Positions 45,285 to 57,436 of a DNA stretch of 64,000 nt are shown here, one piece after another. Position 1 is the first letter of the stretch. Each line of letters begins with the position of its first letter. The DNA is from Macrostomum lignano (taxonomy: Eukaryota), in assembly GCA_002269645.1 (NCBI GenBank), contig NIVC01000713.1, positions 1 through 64,000 on the forward strand, in the 5' to 3' direction. Below the pieces are notes generated by a model that saw nothing but the letters and a program-made list of their open reading frames with translations, was not told where the DNA came from and searched no databases. Made by a program: the position numbers and the translations under genes.

Positions 45285-46237
45285 TTATTCGTTATAAATG
45301 AGACACTCGAATGTCTTCAGGGAATACGAACCGGACAAAACACCTCCGTTTAAAATGTAGCTCAGCGCGAAACTCGTGCTATAGGCCTCAGGAGGAACCC
45401 GGTAGATACCGTTGGGGTTCATGAAGGCGCAGTACCCGAACCACCAACCAGCTGACCTTTCTTCAGCGCAGAGGCCGTCAGTGGTGAACGTTTTGCCATT
45501 CGGGGAAAAGGCTGCGGTGGTCAACTGACCCACACTTGACCTCTTCGCGTCCAGCGGTCCCATCGAGCACCTGTACTTGTCGGTCGCTGGACCTACAGAG
45601 AACGGAGCATTCTCAGCCCAGTACCAGTTGTCGTTCCAGTCGCTGAACTCCCACCGGACTCTCCACACTCCAGTGGCGGTGAGCTGGTGGAGCTGCTCCA
45701 GTCCCATCCAGTAGTTGAGACTCTCGCCCTGACCGAATCCGCTCACGTACTCCGACCAGTTCCGGTTGAAGCTGACGGAACCGTCGACTCTGTGCTGGAA
45801 CGTCTTCCAGCAAGTCTTCGGTGGATCCTTGATCTGAAGTACAAACCAGAAACGTCGATTAAAATCCACTGTTTGGCTCAGTAACTATATCAGTTATCAT
45901 TCTAAATGGAAAAAGCATCACCTACCCAGAGCATCGGCAGACTCGCGTCCTTCTCGTGTCGACACTTCCTGCAGGCGTCCCTGCCGCCCCGGTCGCACTG
46001 CATCAGGGCGCAGTCGCCCGACTCAGCGTCGAAGGAGGCCGCGTGAGCCTCGGCCGCTGACGATTTCATCAGACAGTCGGTAATCTTTGGAAGCTTGAGC
46101 ACAGTGATCAGCTTGTACTCGGTGATGTCGCCTCGGAGCTGCTTCCACTTCGATCGGCACCCGGCAGAGACGGTCAGCAGTGGCAGAAAACAGCAGGCAG
46201 CCACGCACAGCAGAAGTCCTGCAGACGGAACCATCAT
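45285..46237 (-). CDS. Secreted fibrinogen-related protein with an N-terminal PAN/apple-like module, 286 aa
   Basis: Exons 46237-45926 and 45833-45285 (phase 0). Signal peptide MMVPSAGLLLCVAACCFLPLLTVSA; PAN-like DCLMKS..A.AASFD.ESGDCAL; FBG domain FQHRVDGSVSFNRNWSEYVSGFG...YWMGLEQLHQLT...GWWFGYCAFMNPNGIY. Confidence 0.9.
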
Positions 46238-46939
46238 CTTCTCGGATCGCAGAGAGTTTTTCGAACAATTCCCGTAAGCTGTCTTTCTGAAAAAACGGAC
46301 TTGCCAGTCACCGGACTGTATGAGTATGATTACTCAACTTAAGGTTTTTCAGAGCGTGGCTTCCTGTTGCATTTTTGTACATGTATTTATACAGCACATC
46401 GACCGGCTTTCAATGCGGCATGAGCTGACACTGAGTCTTCCGATTTCTATTGACTGACTGCTGAGGCGTTTAGTGAGCAACAACTGCTTTGAATTTGTTG
46501 CTTTTGTCTTCAGCTTTCAGAGACAATAGTCAACAGTTTCTGGGTGAATTGTTGCGGATCGGATGCATGACGCTTTTATGCATGGCGCTATTGTAAATTG
46601 CAGAGATTTCTCTGACAATGCCGATCGAAGCGACACCTGCTTTCGGGCTTTACGGCAAAGCCTTTTTACAGCTTTTTTAAGGCCGTGAATGGCTCAAGAA
46701 CAGCCTCACTAAGCCGCCTTCCTCCATTAGCAACGCTTTTGCTGCTGCTTTGCAGTCAGTTTTAGCGCAATTCACCCTTTGAAAGGGTTGCACTGTCTGT
46801 CTTCTTTAGCTCGCTCGCAAGGCTTTCACTGATTGCTTTTAGCAGACATTTAAGTGAGAGTTCGAGCTGGGACTCCCTTTGATCTGTCACCTGTGCCTGT
46901 GTGCGTATTATCTATTCGTTCGATTCGAACTGAGATCAG

Positions 46940-47495
46940 AGGCTGGCCCAGCAACTGACACTTTAGGAGGCTGGCCCAGCAACTGACACTTTAGGAGGCT
47001 AGCCCAGCAACTGACACTTTAGGAGGCTAGCCCAGCAACTGACACTTTAGGAGGCTGGCCCAGCAACTGACACTTTAGGAGGCTGGCTCAGCAACTAAGG
47101 ATCTGGGAGGCTGGCCCAGCAACTAAGGATCTGGGAGGCTGGCTCAACAACTAAGGATCTGGGAGGCTGGCCCAGCAACTAAGGATCTGGGAGGCTGGCC
47201 CAGAAACTAAGGATCTGGGAGGCTGGCCCAGAAACTGAGGATCTGGGAGGCTGGCCCAGAAACTGAGGATCTGGGAGGCTGGCCCAGAAACTGAGGATCT
47301 GGGAGGCTGGCCCAGAAACTAAGGATCTGGGAGGCTGGCCCAGAAACTAAGGATCTGGGAGGCTGGCCTAGAAACTAAGGATCTGGGAGTCTGGCCCAGC
47401 AACTAAGGATCTGGGAGTCTGGCCCAGCAACTAAGGATCTGGGAGTCTGGCCCAGCAACTAAGGATCTGGGAGGCTGGCCCAGCAGCTAAAGATC
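46940..47495. repeat. ~28-bp minisatellite GGAGGCTGGCCCAGCAACTAAGGATCTG
   Basis: About 20 units, intergenic; unit variant changes along the array. Confidence 0.95.
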
Positions 47496-47871
47496 TTGGG
47501 TGACAATTATGAATATTTACATATAGAAAGAAAAATTACAGGAGCCATTTAAAAAAAGGTGAGAAGCCAAGTAAGCATCATTTCTATTTATATTCCTATT
47601 AGCACGTAATAACTTTTAATCTGCAACATAAAATGAAGCCTTAACATTTAGCAAGTTGATGAATAAAACACAGAAGAGTGTGCTAAACCTGCTTGTAATT
47701 TATCTCAGGAGACGCACAATGGCTTACACATATGCATATATATTTAATTATTTTATTTTTAAGCATCAGCCTCTCAGCAGCCCAGCAATTCAAGAATGCC
47801 AAAAATTAATTCTGTTTTAATGCCTGCAACTAAACGCTTTTTATGCAGCACACGGAGTAGAACAATAGTAA

Positions 47872-48065
47872 CGAGGGGTGCCCAAAAATTAGTGGTACTT
47901 TTAACCGTAGCTCTCATTCTATAGCTTCCTGTGATTTAAAATTTTATGAACTGATACCGGCAAATCTCTTCTACAAACTGCCTTTTGAATTAAAAAAATT
48001 AATACTAGAGAACAAAAGTTTTACCCATGAAGGTAACAGTACCTGTACCACAGAGTTACCCCTCG
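47872..48065. mobile_element. Possible Tc1/mariner-like MITE remnant
   Basis: Short inverted termini CGAGGGGT..ACCCCTCG, with TA on the right flank; left flank is AA rather than TA. Confidence 0.35.
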
Positions 48066-48629
48066 TATATGTACATGTCAAGTTAAACAACTAGTCGCAA
48101 TAATAAAAATGGTGCTCGCTAGAAGTACATTATTATCAGCTTACGCATTATAATAAATTAATATGCATAGAAAAATTTGTGATAAACAGATTAATTCAAA
48201 CGCGGGTATATGCCCAGGTAAATACACCTGTATAGAATTACAGGTAGGTTATTTGGAAATCGCAGAGCATATTTACAAAAATTACAAGAAGGCACTGGCA
48301 GGGGTACATTTACCATGTATATAGTTATTTTTAATCAAAAAATGACGCTTGCACAATAAACAGCGGATGACTACTTGAAGTAGCGAGTAATATATGATGC
48401 ATCTTTCAAAGCGTGGAACTTTTTGTGGCCAAGGTGGATATTTACAAGTTGAAAATACTGCAGTCTCAATGTGGATTTAAGCCAAGTTTTTTCAGAGTTG
48501 GATTAGCCAATTATTAAGAAACTTTTTAAGTGGGGACCCGAAATTATTCCAAGAGCCTGGAAAGGTGAATCTGAGGTCAATGAAAGTTAGTTCCAGACTC
48601 TCAGGAGATCTGAAAGGATATCAGTGATA

Positions 48630-48950
48630 GATAATCCAAGGGTTCGTAGGAGCTAATCCAAGGACTAGTGAGAGTTAATCCAAGGATCAGTGAGAGCTAA
48701 TCCAAGGATTAGTGAGAGCTAATCCAATGATTAGTGAGAGTTAATCCAAGGATAAGTGAGAGCTAATCTAAGGATTAGTGAGAGCTAATCCAATGATTAG
48801 TGAGAGCTAATCCAATGATTAGTGAGAGCTAATCCAAGGATCAGTGAGAGCTAATCTAAGGATTAGTGAGAGCTAATCCAATGATTAGTGAGAGTTAATC
48901 CAAATATCAAAAATAGTTAATATTAGGATTAGAGAGTTAATCCGAAGTTC
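48630..48950. repeat. 22-bp minisatellite GAGCTAATCCAAGGATTAGTGA
   Basis: About 13 units; contains hairpin CTAATCC-AA-GGATTAG. Confidence 0.9.
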
Positions 48951-49086
48951 TAAGAAGGCTTAACCCTAGGGCATCTCGTAGGGTATGGGTAGAATGGCAG
49001 GCTTCTGAGAATCAGAGTTGCAATATATCTTTTTGGACTAATTTAAAAAAAACTCCGTCGCGAGGCAAGTCGGCAGCAAGCCTGCG

Positions 49087-52000
49087 TCAGACTGAATAAT
49101 CGTGCGCGGCTGACTGCGGCGGGTGCGGCAGCACAGTCTGCTGCGTGGACAGCTGCGGCTGGTAGGCAGAATAATAGGCCTGGTACTGACTGCTCGATGC
49201 CATCATGCTGGCCGGGGGCGCGGCCGCTTGTGAAGGCATTGGCGGAGCGGAGACCTGGGGGAAATGCTGCTGCTGATAGCTTTGATGAAGCGGAGGCTGG
49301 AGCACAGCGGATTGGCCGCTGGTGATTGGGGGCACCGCTGCAAGCTGGCTGCCGCTGTCCATGTCCGGCGGTGCACCCTCCAGCCACTGGGTGTGAGAAA
49401 AGGGTTTATAGGATTATTGATTTTTATATCTATCTAATTTGATCGGAGGATTATTAGCTGTCCTGGTTTATATTTAAAAACCGGGAAAGCTAATAATAAA
49501 CTGATGACTCATGGAGTGGCGCCTCAAAACATCCAATAACTCATCGAGTGGCGCCTCAAAACACCCGATAACTTATCGAGTGGCGCCTCAAAACACCCAA
49601 TAACTCATGGAATGGCGCCTCAAAACACCCAATAACTCATGGAATGGCGCCTCAAAACACTCAATAACTCATGGAATCGCGCCTCAAAACACCCAATAAC
49701 TCATGGAATAGCGCCTCAAAACATTCATCAACTCATGGAATAGCGCCTCAAAACACCCAATAACTCATGGAATAGCGCCTCAAAACATTCATCAACTCAT
49801 GGAATAGCGCCTCAAAACACCCAATAACTCATGGAATAGCGCCTCAAAACACCCAATAACTCATGGAATGGCGCCTCAAAACACCCAATAACTCATGGAA
49901 TAGCGCCTCAAAACACCCAATAACTCTTGGAATAGCGCCTCAAAACACTCAATAACTCATGGAATGGCGCCTCAAAACACCCAATAACTCATGGAATGGC
50001 GCCTCAAAACACCCAATAACTCATGGAATAGCGCCTCAAAACATTCATCAACTCATGGAATAGCGCCTCAAAACACCCAATAACTCATGGTATGGCGCCT
50101 CAAAACACTCAATAACTCGTGGAATGGCGCCTCAAAACACTCAATAACTCGTGGAATGGCGCCTCAAAACACTCAATAAATCGTGGAATGGCGCCTCAAA
50201 ACACTCAATAACTCGTGGAATGGCGCCTCAAAACACTCAATAACTCGTGGAATGGCGCCTCAAAACACTCAATAACTCGTGGAATGGCGCCTCAAAACAC
50301 CGAATAACTCATAGAGTGGCCCCTCAAACGGACAACTAATGCAAGAAGTCAAGGTCTGAAAACTCACATAGATGAGCTGATGCTCAGGAGCGCTAACAGC
50401 CTGATCAATGCTAGTCTGATAGGCCGTCAGCAAAGCCGAGTGACGCTGGGCGCAGGCCGTCTCCAGCTGAGGACTTCCTTCGGCCCTGTGCAAGTCGCGC
50501 ATGAGAGTGCTGGCCCACAGCTGCACCGCCTCATCTGGAATTTGCTCAGCCAATTGAACTGCCGCGTCAACAACTTTCTTCACCTCCTCGTACTGAGCGG
50601 TGGCGAAGTGAGCTTGCCCGAGCACAATGAGCGACAGGGTGAGCAGGCGGCGGAGGTTCTCAGAGTTGGCCAGCTTCAGGCTCTCCTTGATGCACAGCCT
50701 GGGACACGGTGTGGGGAGGACAGGGGGGTCAATTGGATTTTATTGGTGCTGAAATTTAATTTTGAAATTCGGGCAGACACCCTGCAAGGACACAAATAGG
50801 GTAGCGGGCAGACACCCAAAAAGACACAAATGCTGAGGCGGGCAGACACCCTGCAGACACAGATAAGAGACGGGCAGGCAGCCCGCAAAGACAAAAATGC
50901 AGAGGCGGGCAGACACCCTGCAAAGACAAAAATGCTGAGGCGGGCAGACACCCTGCAAAGACAAAAATGCTAAGGCAGGCAGACACCCCACAAAGACACA
51001 GATAAGGAGGCAGGCAGACACCCTGGAAAGACACAAATGCTGAGGCGGGCAGACACCCCACAAAGACACAGATAAGGAGGCAGGCAGACACCCTGGAAAG
51101 ACACAAATGCTGAGGCGGGCAGACACCCCACAGACACAGATAAGGAGGCAGGCAGACACCCTGGAAAGACACAAATGCTGAGGCGGGCAGACACCCCACA
51201 GACACAGATAAGGAGGCAGGCAGACACCCTGGAAAGACACAAATGCTGAGGCGGGCAGACACCCCACAAAGACACAGATAAGGAGGCAGGCAGACACCCT
51301 GGAAAGACACAAATGCTGAGGCGGGCAGACATCCCACAAAGACACAAATGCTGAGACGGGCAGACACTCCACAAAGACGCAAATGCTGAGGCGGGCAGAC
51401 ATTCCTAGACAACAACACATGGTCTATCCAGCACTCACTTGGCCCTGGTGAAGTCGCCCAGCATCATTGCCAACAGGCCGTCAACCCAGTCGCCGGCAAC
51501 ACGCAGGCAGTGCCCAGTAGGCCGGGCTGGTCCAGCAGCCAACTGCTGACTGCTGTCGGTCAGGACTTTCTTACAGTCTGCCAGCCGGTTCTGCCTGAGC
51601 ATGACCAGGCCCATGTTGAGACAGACAAACTGGTGCAGGTCTGGCCGAGGTGACAGGCAGAGAGCTCGGCGGAACTGACTCTCGGCCGCACCCAAGCAGT
51701 TGGTGGTCATGGCGTACAGGCCGAGCATTGCATGGCAGTGGGGACCCCTGCGCTGGAACAGCGAACTGTTGGCTGAGCAGATCCTTAGACTGGTGGCAGC
51801 TTGTTCAAGAGCGGCGACTCGATTCCCGGATACCAGGTGGCACTGGAAGCTTTGCTCCAGAATGCACAGGTGCAGCACCGTGAGTAGGGGAGAATTATCC
51901 TCAATGGCTTTGAGTTTCTCCACCTGAATTTGATGAGGAAGATTCTTAACTGAGTCCACTAGTCAGAGTTTGTGAGTCAGAGTGAGTCACTGAGTGAGTC

Positions 52001-55000
52001 AGTCAGTCAGTCAGTCAGTCAGTCAGTCAGTCAGTCAGTGAACAAGTCAGTCAGAGTGAGTCACTGAGTGAGTCAGTCAGTCAGTCAGTCAGTCAGTCAG
52101 TCAGTCAGTCAGTCAGTCAGTGAACAAGTCAGTCAGTCAGTCAGTCAGTCAGTCAGTCAGTCAGTCAGTAAGTGAGTCAGTGAGTCAGTCAGTCAGTGAG
52201 TGAGTGAGTGAGTCAGTCAGTCAGTCAGTCAGTCAGTGAGTCAGTCAGTCAGTGAGTCAGTGAGTCAGTGAGTCAGTGAGTCAGTCAGTCAGTCAGTGAG
52301 TCAGTCAGTCAGTGAGTGAGTGAGTCAGTGAGTCAGTCAGTGAGTCAGTGAGTCAGTGAGTCAGTCAGTCAGTCAGTGAGTCAGTCAGTCAGTGAGTGAG
52401 TGAGTCAGTGAGTCAGTCAGTGAGTCAGTGAGTCAGTCAGTGAACAAGTCAGTCAGTCAGTCAGTCAGTCAGTCAGTCAGTCAGTCAGTCAGTCAGTCAG
52501 TCAGTCAGTCAGTCAGTCAGTCAGTCAGTCAGTCAGTCAGTCAGTCAGTCAGTCAGTCAGTCAGTCAGTGAGTCAGTCAGTCAGTGAGTCAGTGAGTCAG
52601 TGAGTCAGTGAGTCAGTCAGTCAGTCAGTGAGTCAGTCAGTCAGTGAGTGAGTGAGTCAGTGAGTCAGTCAGTGAGTCAGTGAGTCAGTGAGTCAGTCAG
52701 TCAGTCAGTGAGTCAGTCAGTCAGTGAGTGAGTGAGTCAGTGAGTCAGTCAGTGAGTCAGTGAGTCAGTCAGTGAACAAGTCAGTCAGTCAGTCAGTCAG
52801 TCAGTCAGTCAGTCAGTCAGTCAGTCAGTCAGTCAGTCAGTCAGTCAGTCAGTCAGTCAGTCAGTCAGTCAGTCAGTCAGTCAGTCAGTCAGTCAGTCAG
52901 TCAGTCAGTCAGTCAGTCAGTCAGTCAGTCAGTCAGTCAGTCAGTCAGTCAGTCAGTCAGTCAGTCAGTCAGTCAGTCAGTCAGTCAGTCAGTCAGTCAG
53001 TCAGTCAGTCAGTCAGTCAGTCAGTCAGTCAGTCAGTCAGTCAGTCAGTCAGTCAGTCAGTCAGTCAGTCAGTCAGTCAGTCACTGAACAAGTGAGTCAG
53101 TCAGAACCCCAAGCAGACCTGAGTCAAAGCCTTCTCAGTGTAGCGCTGCACTTTATCATAATAGGCCTCCTGCATGTTGTGCAGCAGAGTGAGCAGGTAC
53201 ACCAGCACGGACATGTGCTCTCTAGACAGCCATTCGAACTGGTCCATCGTGTCGGATGCCGCATTGGGCTGCTGCGAGTGAGCCGACTGCGCCGGGGCCG
53301 GATCGTCTTGCATAGCCGAGAATGCTTGGATGGCCTTCTGCAGCTGGCGGAGTGTTGGCCGGGCCTGTTTGGCCTGACCGGCGACCAGGTGGTTCATCAC
53401 CTGGGATTTGGGAATAGATGCGGCTTATCGTGAAACTACGAGTGTCAAAACACTCGTGGGATATTTAACCAAACTGATGATGGGATATCTAACCAATTTG
53501 ATGATGGGACATCTAACCAATTTGATGATGAGATATCTAACCAATTTGATGATGGGATATCTAACCAATTTGATGATGGGACATCTAACCAATTTGATGA
53601 TGAGATATCTAACCAATTTGATTATGGGATATCTAACCAATTTGATGATGGGACATCTAACCAATTTGATGATGAGATATCTAACCAATTTGATGATGGG
53701 ATATCTAACCAATTTGATGATGGGATATCTAACCAATTTGATGATGGGATATCTAACCAATTTGATGATGGGATATCTAACCAATTTGATGATGGGATAT
53801 CTAACCAATTTGATGATGGGATATCTAACCAATTTGATGATGGGATATCTAACCAATTTGATGATGGGATATCTAACCAATCTGGGAATGGGATATCTAA
53901 CCAATCTGGGAATGGGATATCTAACAAAACTGATAAAGGGATATCTAATCAATTTGATGATGGGATATCTAACCAAACTGATGATGGGATATCTAACCAA
54001 ACTGATGATGGGATATCTAACAAAACTGATAAAGGGATATCTAATCAATTTGATGATGGGATATCTAACCAAACTGATGATGGGATATCTAACCAAACTG
54101 ATGATGGGATATCTAACCAAACTGATGATGGGATATCTAACAAAACTGATAAAGGGATATCTATTCAATTTGATGATGGGATATCTAACCAAACTGATGA
54201 TGGGATATCTAACCAAACTGGGAATGGGATATCTAACCAAACTGGGAATGGGATATCTAACCAATCTGGGAATGGGATATCTAACCTAAGTGAAACTAAG
54301 AAACGTAGATCTCAAACATCCAAACACCAAAGCCCGCAGTTAGCACACCTGAATAATAAGAGAAAATATTTTAAGCGCCTCCTGTTTCCGACCGCCCTGT
54401 TGCATGGCCTCGATAACCTTGGATGTAACTGTGAGACTGTTGTGCACCTCAGCCAGCTGTCGTGTGGCCAGCAGCAGTAGGCATTTGGCCAGCAAGAACA
54501 GGCCTCTGGTGTACTCGCTTCGGTGCTGCTGGGCGTACTGAGAGCCCAGGGCCAGCAATTCGCAAGCTCGGCCCGGATCGCTCTGGCTGAGGTGCTGCGC
54601 CAGTTTCAGAAGGAACCGGCAGTGCCTGAAAAGGATATTGAATGCGATTTATTAGACATTTCTATGACCATTATTGGGAATTTATGAGCAATTCTTAGAA
54701 AATCCATAAACAATGCATGCAAATCCGTGAGCGGTTCTTAAAAGACCGTGAACTATTCTTGGAAATCTATGAGCGATTCTTGAATATCAATGAGCGATTC
54801 TTAGAAATCTATGAGCGATTCTTGAATATCAATGAGCGTGAGCGATTCTTGGAAATCTATGAGCGATTCTTGGAAACATGAGCGATTCTTGGATATCAAT
54901 GAGCGATTCTTGGAAATCTATGAGCGATTCTTGGAAACATGAGCGATTCTTGGATATCAATGAGCAATTCTTAGAAATCTATGAGCGATTCTTGGAAACA

Positions 55001-57436
55001 TGAGCGATTCTTGGATATCAATGAGCGATTCTTGGAAATCTATGAGCGATTCTTAGATATCAATGAGCGATTCTTGGATATCAATGAGCGGTTCTTAGAT
55101 ATCAATGAGCGATTCTTGGATATCAAAGAGCGATTCTTAGATATCAATGAGCGATTCTTGGAAAGCTATGACCGATTCTTGGAAGCCTATGAGCGATTCT
55201 TGGAAACCTATGAGCGATTCTTGGATATCAATGAGCGATTCTTGGAAATCTATGAGCGATTCTTGGAAACATGAGCGATTCTTGGATATCAATGAGCGAT
55301 TCTTGGAAATCTATGAGCGATTCTTAGATATCAATGAGCGATTCTTGGATATCAAAGAGCGATTCTTAGATATCGATGAGCGATTCTTGGAAAGCTATGA
55401 CCGATTATTGGTAATCTATGAACGATTATTAGAAATCTATGTGTGATTCTTGGAAAACTTTGTTCGATTCCTGGAAACCTATGAACGATTATTGGATATA
55501 TATAAGCGATTCTTAGAAATTCTTAGAAACCTATGAGCAATTTTCAGCAACTAACAATTTTATAAGCTATTCTTGAAATTTATTAAATTCTAAAATTACA
55601 TTGAAAAAAGTGGGAAGATCGGAAACAATGGGGACAATTAAAATTTCATGGGGGATTATTTTTACATAAAGAATCCGCACTCACCACTCTGGCAGGCCGT
55701 GACTGGCTGCCAGGGCCTCCTCCAGCAGCGGAGTGACCCTCTGACCGGCCAGCCCAACAGCCATGGGATCGGCAGTCAACCAGCAGTCCACAAGCAAGTC
55801 AGCCGCCTCGAGGCACACCACCGGATCCTGCGATTGCACCAGGGCGCGCAGACTCCAGGCCGCTTCCAGGTGAGCGGCGGCAGCTGCGGCGGCCCGCTCC
55901 GCGCCAGCCCGAGTGGTGTGCTGCATCAGCAGCCGCCCGATCTGCACCTTGGTTCTAAACAAAATAATTATCGGATATGCTCATTATGCTACTGGCAGTA
56001 AAAAGTAAAGAAAGTTGACTTTTAAAATTATACTGATTTGGACCTGTGACCTGGAAGTTACTAACCTACCAGGTGAACCTGAAGCGGTCACTACCATAGC
56101 CTGAAGATTAACATCGGTCACTTCCATACCCTGAAGATTTATATCATTACAGCATACCCTGAAGGTCAACTGCGGTCACTACCATAGCCTGAAGGTCTAC
56201 AGCGGTCACTACCATAGCCTGAAGGTCTACAGCGGTCACTACCAATACACCGAAGGTTTACAGCAGTCACTACCATAGTCTAACGGCTTACATAGGTCAC
56301 TACCACACCTTGAAGGTTTACAACAGTCACTAGCATACCCTGAAGGCTTACATAGGTCACTACCATACCCTGAAGGTAAACAGCAGTCATTAAAATACCC
56401 TGAAGGCTTACATAGGTCACTACCATACCCTGAAGGTAAACAGCAGTCATTAAAATACCCTGAAGGCTTACATAGGTCACTACCATACCCTGAAGGCTTA
56501 AATAGGTCACTATCATACCCTGAAGGCTTACATAGGTCACTACCATACCCTGAAGGCTTACATAGGTCACTACCATACCCTGAAGGCTTACATAGGTCAC
56601 TATCATACCCTGAAGGTCTACAGCAGTCACAACCATACCCTGAAGGTAAACAGCAATCATTAAAATACCCTGAAGGCTTACAGCAGTCACTATCATACCC
56701 TGAAGGCTTACAGCAGTCACTACCATACCCTGAAGGTTAACAGCAGTCACTACCATACCCTGAAGGCTTACAGCAGTCACTACCATACCCTGAAGGTTAA
56801 CAGCAGTCACTACCATACCATGAAGGCTTACAGCAGTCACTACCATACCCTGAAGGTTAACAGCAGTCACTACCATACCCTGAAGGCTTACAGCAGTCAC
56901 TACTATACCCTGAAGGTTAACAGCAGTCACTACCATACCATGAAGGCTTACAGCAGTCACTACCATACCCTGAAGGTTAACAGCAGTCACTACCATACCC
57001 TGAAGGCTTACAGCAGTCACTACCATAGCCTGAAGGTTGTGCAGTGTCGCTGCTACACCTGCACTTAAGCACTGATCAAGCCTTACCTAGCAATGATGAG
57101 TTCAGGCAGGCGGATCTGCAGCACAGCCTGCAAGCAGTGCAGCGTCATCCGAATGTTGCCAGCCAGACGGAAAGACTCTGCCATGCCAAGTAAGGAATGA
57201 TAGGCGGCTTCTGCATCCTGCTGCTGATGGATGGAGCTGCTCAATGATGGTTCAACTGGCTGCTGAATAACTGCCTGCGCCTCGCTGCTAGCTGGATAGA
57301 CTGCAGCCTGGCCTGGTTGTTGATGCTGGTATGCACTGTGATAAGCCTGAGCAGCACCTGCTGTCCCTGATGCTGAATGCTGCTGCTGCTCATCTAGAGC
57401 TTGCGACAGGAATGTGTGAGAATTCCACAAGTTCAT
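49087..57436 (-). CDS. MAU2: MAU2/SCC4 cohesin loading factor, about 764 aa
   Basis: Exons 57436-57087, 55954-55685, 54625-54349, 53400-53119, 51923-51439, 50698-50368, 49386-49087; all GT-AG and phase-compatible, 2295 nt. Motifs AYHSLLGMAESFR...IRMTLHCLQAV, ARTKVQIGRLLMQHT, WHCRFLLKLAQ, FEWLSREHMSVLVYLLT, CHAMLGLYAM..NC..AAESQF, VQLWASTLMRDL, WLEGAPP. Confidence 0.93.
49505..50320. repeat. 32-bp minisatellite AATAACTCATGGAATGGCGCCTCAAAACACCC (MAU2 intron 6)
   Basis: About 25 units. Confidence 0.96.
50770..51410. repeat. ~31-33-bp alternating minisatellite with GCAGACACCC core (MAU2 intron 5)
   Basis: Two alternating unit types forming a ~64-bp higher-order repeat. Confidence 0.93.
51965..53100. 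repeat. (AGTC)n / (AGTG) microsatellite (MAU2 intron 4)
   Basis: About 280 tetramers with GTGAACAA interruptions. Confidence 0.98.
53458..54290. repeat. 24-bp minisatellite GATGATGGGATATCTAACCAATTT (MAU2 intron 3)
   Basis: About 34 units. Confidence 0.96.
54700..55540. repeat. ~21-bp minisatellite ATGAGCGATTCTTGGA(T/A)ATC(A/T) (MAU2 intron 2)
   Basis: About 38 units, degenerating at both ends. Confidence 0.94.
56075..57020. repeat. 30-bp minisatellite GAAGGCTTACAGCAGTCACTACCATACCCT (MAU2 intron 1)
   Basis: About 31 units. Confidence 0.96.
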
